64,000 bases of DNA, from the NCBI GenBank assembly GCA_002633005.1, contig NMRA01000254.1, positions 1-64,000 on the forward strand, in the 5' to 3' direction. A model generated the notes under the pieces. That model saw nothing but the letters and a program-made list of their open reading frames with translations, did not search any database and was not told the DNA's origin. A program made the translations under genes and the position numbers. Numbering within the stretch: the stretch's first letter is position 1; each line of letters begins with the position of its first letter. Positions 58,147 through 64,000 of the stretch are shown piece by piece. This stretch comes from Phoronis australis (lineage: Eukaryota; Animalia; Phoronida).

Positions 58147-61100
58147 TACCTAGAGTTATCTTTGAATGAGTATCTCTAAGAAGACAATATTTAGTTGGTA
58201 TACTAATATTCGAATGATTCACTTGCCTGTGTTTGCTGTAAATGACGAACTGATTTCATGACGAAAGTAATATTCATTGTTTTTTCTTTGAAGTAAAAAT
58301 TTGTGATGCGATGAATACGTCATAAATTGCGCGAAGGGTTCTTGCAATATCTCGCGAGATGTGCAACTGTGCACGCTGTGCCCAACATCTATTACTTTTG
58401 TCTTGAGCTCTTCTAAACTTTTCCGACCCACTATAATGCTGGAATCAGAGCATCTTATTTGGCCGCCAGTATAGTCTTACGGCCTTCGTCTTAGTGAAAA
58501 AGACGTGTGTTGTAAACGACCAATAAAATATTTATGACATATTGCACAAGAGAAACAAAATAAGTTAGTACTTTTAATACATTAATTTCTTGCAGTTGAA
58601 AAGCAGCCAGCTGAACTGTTACTTGACAGTTTTTGATCTTGGCAGCTGTCGTCTTCAGCCGCTTTTGAACAGTGACATGGGTTACTTGTGGTCAAACGGT
58701 TACGGCGACTTTTAGCTGCCTGCGTTAAACGTGGAACATGACAGCGTTTTCCCGTTCAGTGACTTTACCAGAGGAAAGGGGTTCTGAGCGTGTGATAACA
58801 TTTTGCTTCTTTGTAAACTGCCAAGCATTCTTTTGTCTGTTATGACAACTGGCTTATTACAGACCACGTGTGAGCACCGTGAAACCCAGAGCGCCGGAAT
58901 TGGTACATTCAGCAAGAATAGGTTATTGTAACTTCGGTTGCAGTTGGGCGATTTTGGCGATTCAAAAACTAAACATGATAACCGTTAGACCAGGATTTCA
59001 GAAACGCTATTAGTTTATGTTCAAATACGTTATAACTTAACTTTTATTTTTAACAGCACAGCCCCGTCTGGCTACGATCTTTTTGAAGATTAGAGCACTT
59101 ATCGAACAAAAAAGAGCTGACCCTCCAACCATGAATGCCAGAATGGAGTTAATCAGTCGTGTAAGATATTAGCTACAGGGGTAAACTTCCCACCTTGTTG
59201 TTGGGCTATAGAATCGAACAAGTTGGGAGCAACGGGAAAACGCCGTAATGAAAATAGGAGGATCATTAATCAGATCACCCACGTATTTGCATGTATTTAG
59301 GCTCGTTTGACTATATGGGAAGCTATGCCTGTATCCAGAATCAGGGAAGACGCCTATATTTGACACTTTTGAGTAAAACCAACAAATTTCTAGGATAATT
59401 TATGAGTAAAACTTGACCTAATCGTTACAAAATGGTAGGTGTTAAAGAGCGTTCAGTTTATCTCTGATGTGGCCAACAGATGGCGTGCAGACCAGACTTA
59501 AAATGTTTCTCACTGATTTATGACTGAGCAATAATAAAGACAGACAAAAGTATAAGTATTGATCCGATTATCAATGAGTTTCATATCTGACTATGGATAT
59601 TTTTGGAGAAAATTGCTAATTCCCCTGCTCCCATTTCTTTGCAGGATCATGGAATGCTAAAACTAACCCAAAATGCTTTTTAAACAGTTCCAGACAAAGG
59701 TGTCTCTTCCTAACGTCTATGATCAGTGAAGAATTTTCAGTAAAAATTACCAAGTACACCCATTCTAAAATACACAAGACTCTTTCTTCCGAACCCAGTT
59801 TCATGATGGCCTCCCAAATATGATATAATTAATTATGCGCGCATGCCATATTTTCTTTCACCTCGGGGTCAAGACCCGTGTCAAGAAGTTGTTTCCAAAT
59901 AAGCAGAATGCACACTTCGTGTTGGGACGAAACCGGTGATTTCACAATAGTTTGAAAGCTGATTTTTTAATTTGAAAAGAAGAGAAAAAATTTTTAAACT
60001 GCATGGAGACTCAGTTCTTACGAAGGAGTGTCAAAATAGTGGGTGATATACTGACAACAAATCTGATGCCGGAGAAATATGTTGAATTATGCATATTTGA
60101 GCCGTTAACATGGTTCAACCCACTTTAAGATTTCCGAGGTCATTTTTCATAAACACGACTTCGAAACACTGACTGTTTACTTGTTACAAGTTCACAAAGT
60201 AACTGATTTTTTGGTTTGGAGATTTGAATGCATATAGTTGACGTGTTCCGTGGCTATCACACAGTTTAAACACTAAAGGGTTAAAAATCTCTTATAGGGC
60301 CCCCCCGGATTTTAAGAGCCAGTTTTCTCCACTGATAGCAGTTAAGTTATGGTTCTCAAAATCCTCGTTTTTTTCGTGGAAATGTCAGCATCATGTGGGT
60401 TCCTCAGTGCCACAAAAACGCCCTCGCGCTGTCTGTTCTCAGTCTATTCAGAGGCCAAAAAATGGTACATTTATTTATTAGCACCACCTAGTAAATATCG
60501 AGTGGCCCTTTTGGACGGGTTTGTTAACACCGTCAAAACTGACGGATTCTTATGTCCTTTCTACTCAATAACGCCATGAATGATATGTTTGGGATGGCTA
60601 TAAATTTCTGGCGTGGTCCCGAAAGGTTTGAGACATCGTTATTCCTCAAATACTAAAACGTTTGTTTTTACATTTTATACAGTGAGCGAAACAAACAGTT
60701 TTGTCTGTTGAAAGATGTCACCAGAAATAATTTGTAATTTTCAGCCTTTTTGTGTTTGCCTTATTTTACTATTTGTTAAATGTGGGCGGGTTTCCGTGGA
60801 AACCTCAAAACATATAGTTGAGTGAATACTCATAATGCACGAGACAGCTATCACTCACTAACAGCTGTCATTTTAGATTGTAGTGCACCACCAAAAAGAA
60901 AATTTCAACTAAAAAAAAAATCATATAAAATTCAGTTAAGCTTTAAAATACTCAGTTGGAGTTGTGTTAAATGAGCATTATTTGGAATTGAATTTTGACT
61001 GAACTAAATGACGTTAAAGTCCGTTTTATATAGAAGATTTAGTAAAATGAAGTGCGAGGATCAGCTTTGGATACAGTGTACAGTGGACAACACTTTCAAA

Positions 61101-61158
61101 GTTGTGATCAACTAATCTTGATGCTAATGTGAACTACTGAAAAACATCCTATACAAAT

Positions 61159-61530
61159 CTGGGCCCGGGGTCTAATCTTTTTATTGGTCATGGAACTTGA
61201 AATTATTATTGACATTTTCTATTCTACTTTTGAGCGAACTCAAGATGTTTGTCTATTATTATATGCTTGAGTATATGATAGCATACGAAGGTAACTGTCC
61301 ATCCTAGTTTGCAATCAAAAAGGCTAAAATTTCGAGTTTAAATTGTGAGTTTTTACTTGTAATCTTGGGATTTTACTTGAGGTCATCAAGTGCAAACTTG
61401 GATTAGAAACTCATTTGCATAAACTATAATGCACTCAAGCACAGTATAATAAACACTCACCTTGAGTTCTCGCAAAAGTATATAGGAAAATGCCAAAAAT
61501 AATTTCGAGTTGAAAGATTAGATATCAGCT
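61159..61530. mobile_element. Copy of the GGGCCCGG foldback MITE, in opposite orientation to 47725-48118
   Basis: CTGGGCCCGGGGTCTAATCTTTTT matches the reverse complement of 48095-48118, and the internal arms align by eye. Confidence 0.65.
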
Positions 61531-62119
61531 CCTGAACATTTCAAACATAAATCGTGTTTCTGAAACCGTGAAGTTGCACTGCGTAAATCGGTCATTTAGC
61601 GACACTTATTTTTTTCGTTAACTTTTTCTCAAAAACGGTTCTTCCATCTGGAGATAAAAGCTCATGCGATCAACTCTAACTTTAACAGGAATTTCCCACT
61701 GAACACATAGACCATTTTGATTTGCTCAATTTCTCAGAGATACTAAAACAGTAGATGCACGTGCTCCTTTTGGTAGTTGTATTGTTAAGTGAATTTGTGA
61801 ATCAGGGTATGCCTATGGTCTCCATCTTATATAGGGATAGTCCTGCAAATGTTAAAAATACTCAACTGCAGAGAAACGACGATTTTTTCAGAGTTAGCAC
61901 AACTGACGCTCTTACAGTCGTCGCATGTTCTTCTCATTCCAACTGCTGCGTCCGTTGTCCAAAACACTGGCGTGACCACCGTGGGCATTATGGACCGGGG
62001 CTCATGTCCCCATATTCGCTGCGAAAAGCCCTCCTCCCCCCAGCGTTGTGAAAAAATCCTCGGTGTCTGCGCTCGTGCTGCATTTGATGCCAAAACACGA
62101 AAACTTTTGTTCTCTGACA

Positions 62120-62195
<76 letters not shown>
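62120..62195. repeat. (GTCT)n microsatellite
   Basis: A perfect tetranucleotide run of about 19 units. It explains the LSVC repeats in ORF 61849..62319. Confidence 0.98.
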
Positions 62196-64000
62196 GAAAT
62201 CAGACAGACAGCCTACGAAGGTCCATTACTACGTAGGCCCATTAGTGCCAGAAAAAGAACCTGTTGTTGCGGATTGCCAATTCGTTGTTACCGACTTCCT
62301 AAATCCGGCAGTAGACTAAATGGAAATTCTGTGTGTTGATGGAAGCCGGTAGTCTTTGGAAAGTTTCGTCATGAGATCTGGTGGGCATCAAAAGGGCTTC
62401 GTGTTATTCGCTCGCTATTTTATGCAATGGCCGATCGTAGCAACCTGCGCGTGGCTGATGAATATCTACCCGGACCACCCGGACCTTACTTTACAAATTA
62501 GCTATTTTTTCTGCTCAAGTCAGCAGCTAACGAGTCTGTCAGCCCCGTAGGCAAGTTTCGGCTCTGACCACATGAACTAATACCTTCCAGTCACTGGCCA
62601 ATGATCAAACGTAACCCCCTTTTCTTTAGTTCCTAAATGCACTTTTAACGTAAAGAACAAATATAGCTGAGCCTGTCTAAATAGGGTATGAAACTTGTTG
62701 TTTTCTTACGTAAGGCTCTCATAGTACACAACCAAGACTCACAATTGAAAATAATCGTACAGTAACTGCTACAACAGTTCCCAACACATATTGGGAGTGT
62801 TCAATGACAGGGCCGCATGAAAGGTATGTTGTATATATGACGTACCCGCTGACTAAGTCAGGTAAGTAAGAGTGGCATGTTAGTCGAAAAGGCAAGGCTA
62901 CTTAATGCTTCTGAGTTTGTTGGGTCATAGCATTGATCCCTACTGTCGCTGATTGGGAACTCTGTAGAAGACAGGCGCTGTGATGATCAGCAGGTCAGGG
63001 GTGCGTGCTGAACTAGGAAGCGATACAGGCTCACCGAGGGTTTCCACAATGGCCATATGAGCCACTAGTGTTCAACGGGCGAGGGGGGGCAAACCCGAAA
63101 GTGGTGGTAACCTGGGGGTCACTTCGCAATGAATAGGAGAACAAACGCATTCATGATTCGGCTGGAGAAGGACTTCATAAAGCGTGAGTGAATCTAATGG
63201 CATGATCCCGGTATGCGCACCGTGGCGACGCAGTGGGCGGGTTCTGTTTGGCAAAGTCTTTGAGTCAATGTTGTGAAAACATTGATTCCAATATGGCGAA
63301 TGATTTCATACCGCATTCTTTACTGTCGCAGTGGTAAAATGGCACAGCTCAGCAGCTTTTGCTGGACGTTTTTCCGCGGCTTGAATATCCAGGTGTAGGG
63401 AGCTCCAACTCGATCTGTTCCACAGGGTGTACAAAACCCGTAAATATGAACAGTATATTGTCTTGACCAAAGACGTCAAAAATCTCGCTCAAAGTCCAAA
63501 GAAACTGACTCCAAAGCCAATCTTCATTTACGACTATCGCAAGTGAAGCCGGCTACATGCAAAAACAAGCAACAATAGGCCTACACCAAATCAGTCGTTT
63601 TCACCCCAAAGTCAACATTCTCATGCGATTACTAAAAAATGGGAGACATCGCATTCGGACTGTCAAAACACTTCACATTGTTGAAATCAAGTAAAGTGTG
63701 GGCGTCGACCTGCCATATTTTCTTAAACTAAAAAACAAAATGTCTGAAGGGTGCCTGAATTAAATTTCATCTTCCAGCTTACAAATTGTAAAAGTCACGA
63801 CTTGTAAAAAGTGGGCACAAAGGATCAACCACTAGTAATAGCATTCTTTTATTAAGGAGTTAGCCTCAAAAATCAAGCAAATGCCATTGGTAGCCTTGAC
63901 GAGCAGTACGAAACTCCAAATCTCCGGCTAACCCAGCAGGCGTCAACTGAAATCTTGATGAAATTTTGGAGGCAAATTCAACCGTGGCTAAAAAAGCCAT

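Noticed and set aside
47725-61530. Composite transposon or recent inverted segmental duplication bounded by the two GGGCCCGG MITE copies
   Set aside because: The receptor paralogues appear far more diverged than the MITE copies, a third partial copy lies inside, and I found no shared TSD. Independent insertions are the simpler explanation.
62900-64000. GC-richer tract that looks like decayed coding sequence
   Set aside because: The frames I translated were interrupted by stops, and I recognised no domain motif.

Overview
This is AT-rich eukaryotic genomic DNA, probably from a marine invertebrate (lophotrochozoan/mollusc-like, inferred from the repeat families). The left half (458-34336, +) is a complete 12-exon chimaerin gene (SH2-C1-RhoGAP, 495 aa). 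I assembled it by hand from GT-AG junctions with consistent phases, and it has a candidate alternative exon at 22295/22300-22360. Its introns hold MITEs, a Kolobok-type remnant with a THAP domain, and minisatellites. The right half contains a Helentron-associated (HINE/DINE-like) element with a higher-order tandem array. It also has a TRIM (RING-B-box-B-box-coiled-coil) pseudogene, hit by a Kolobok-type element just upstream of its ATG and by a 5'-truncated L1/Tx1 LINE with a 14-bp TSD. Further right is a tail-to-tail pair of intact single-ORF paralogous type-I membrane protein genes (propeller-like domain + 3 Sushi/CCP + TM), separated by a decayed Penelope element and a tRNA-derived SINE. 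The most striking observation is that one paralogue (48248-50935) ends in a cytoplasmic domain resembling the dynein heavy-chain stalk-head microtubule-binding domain, which the other lacks. All domain calls come from motif recognition by eye; no searches were run.
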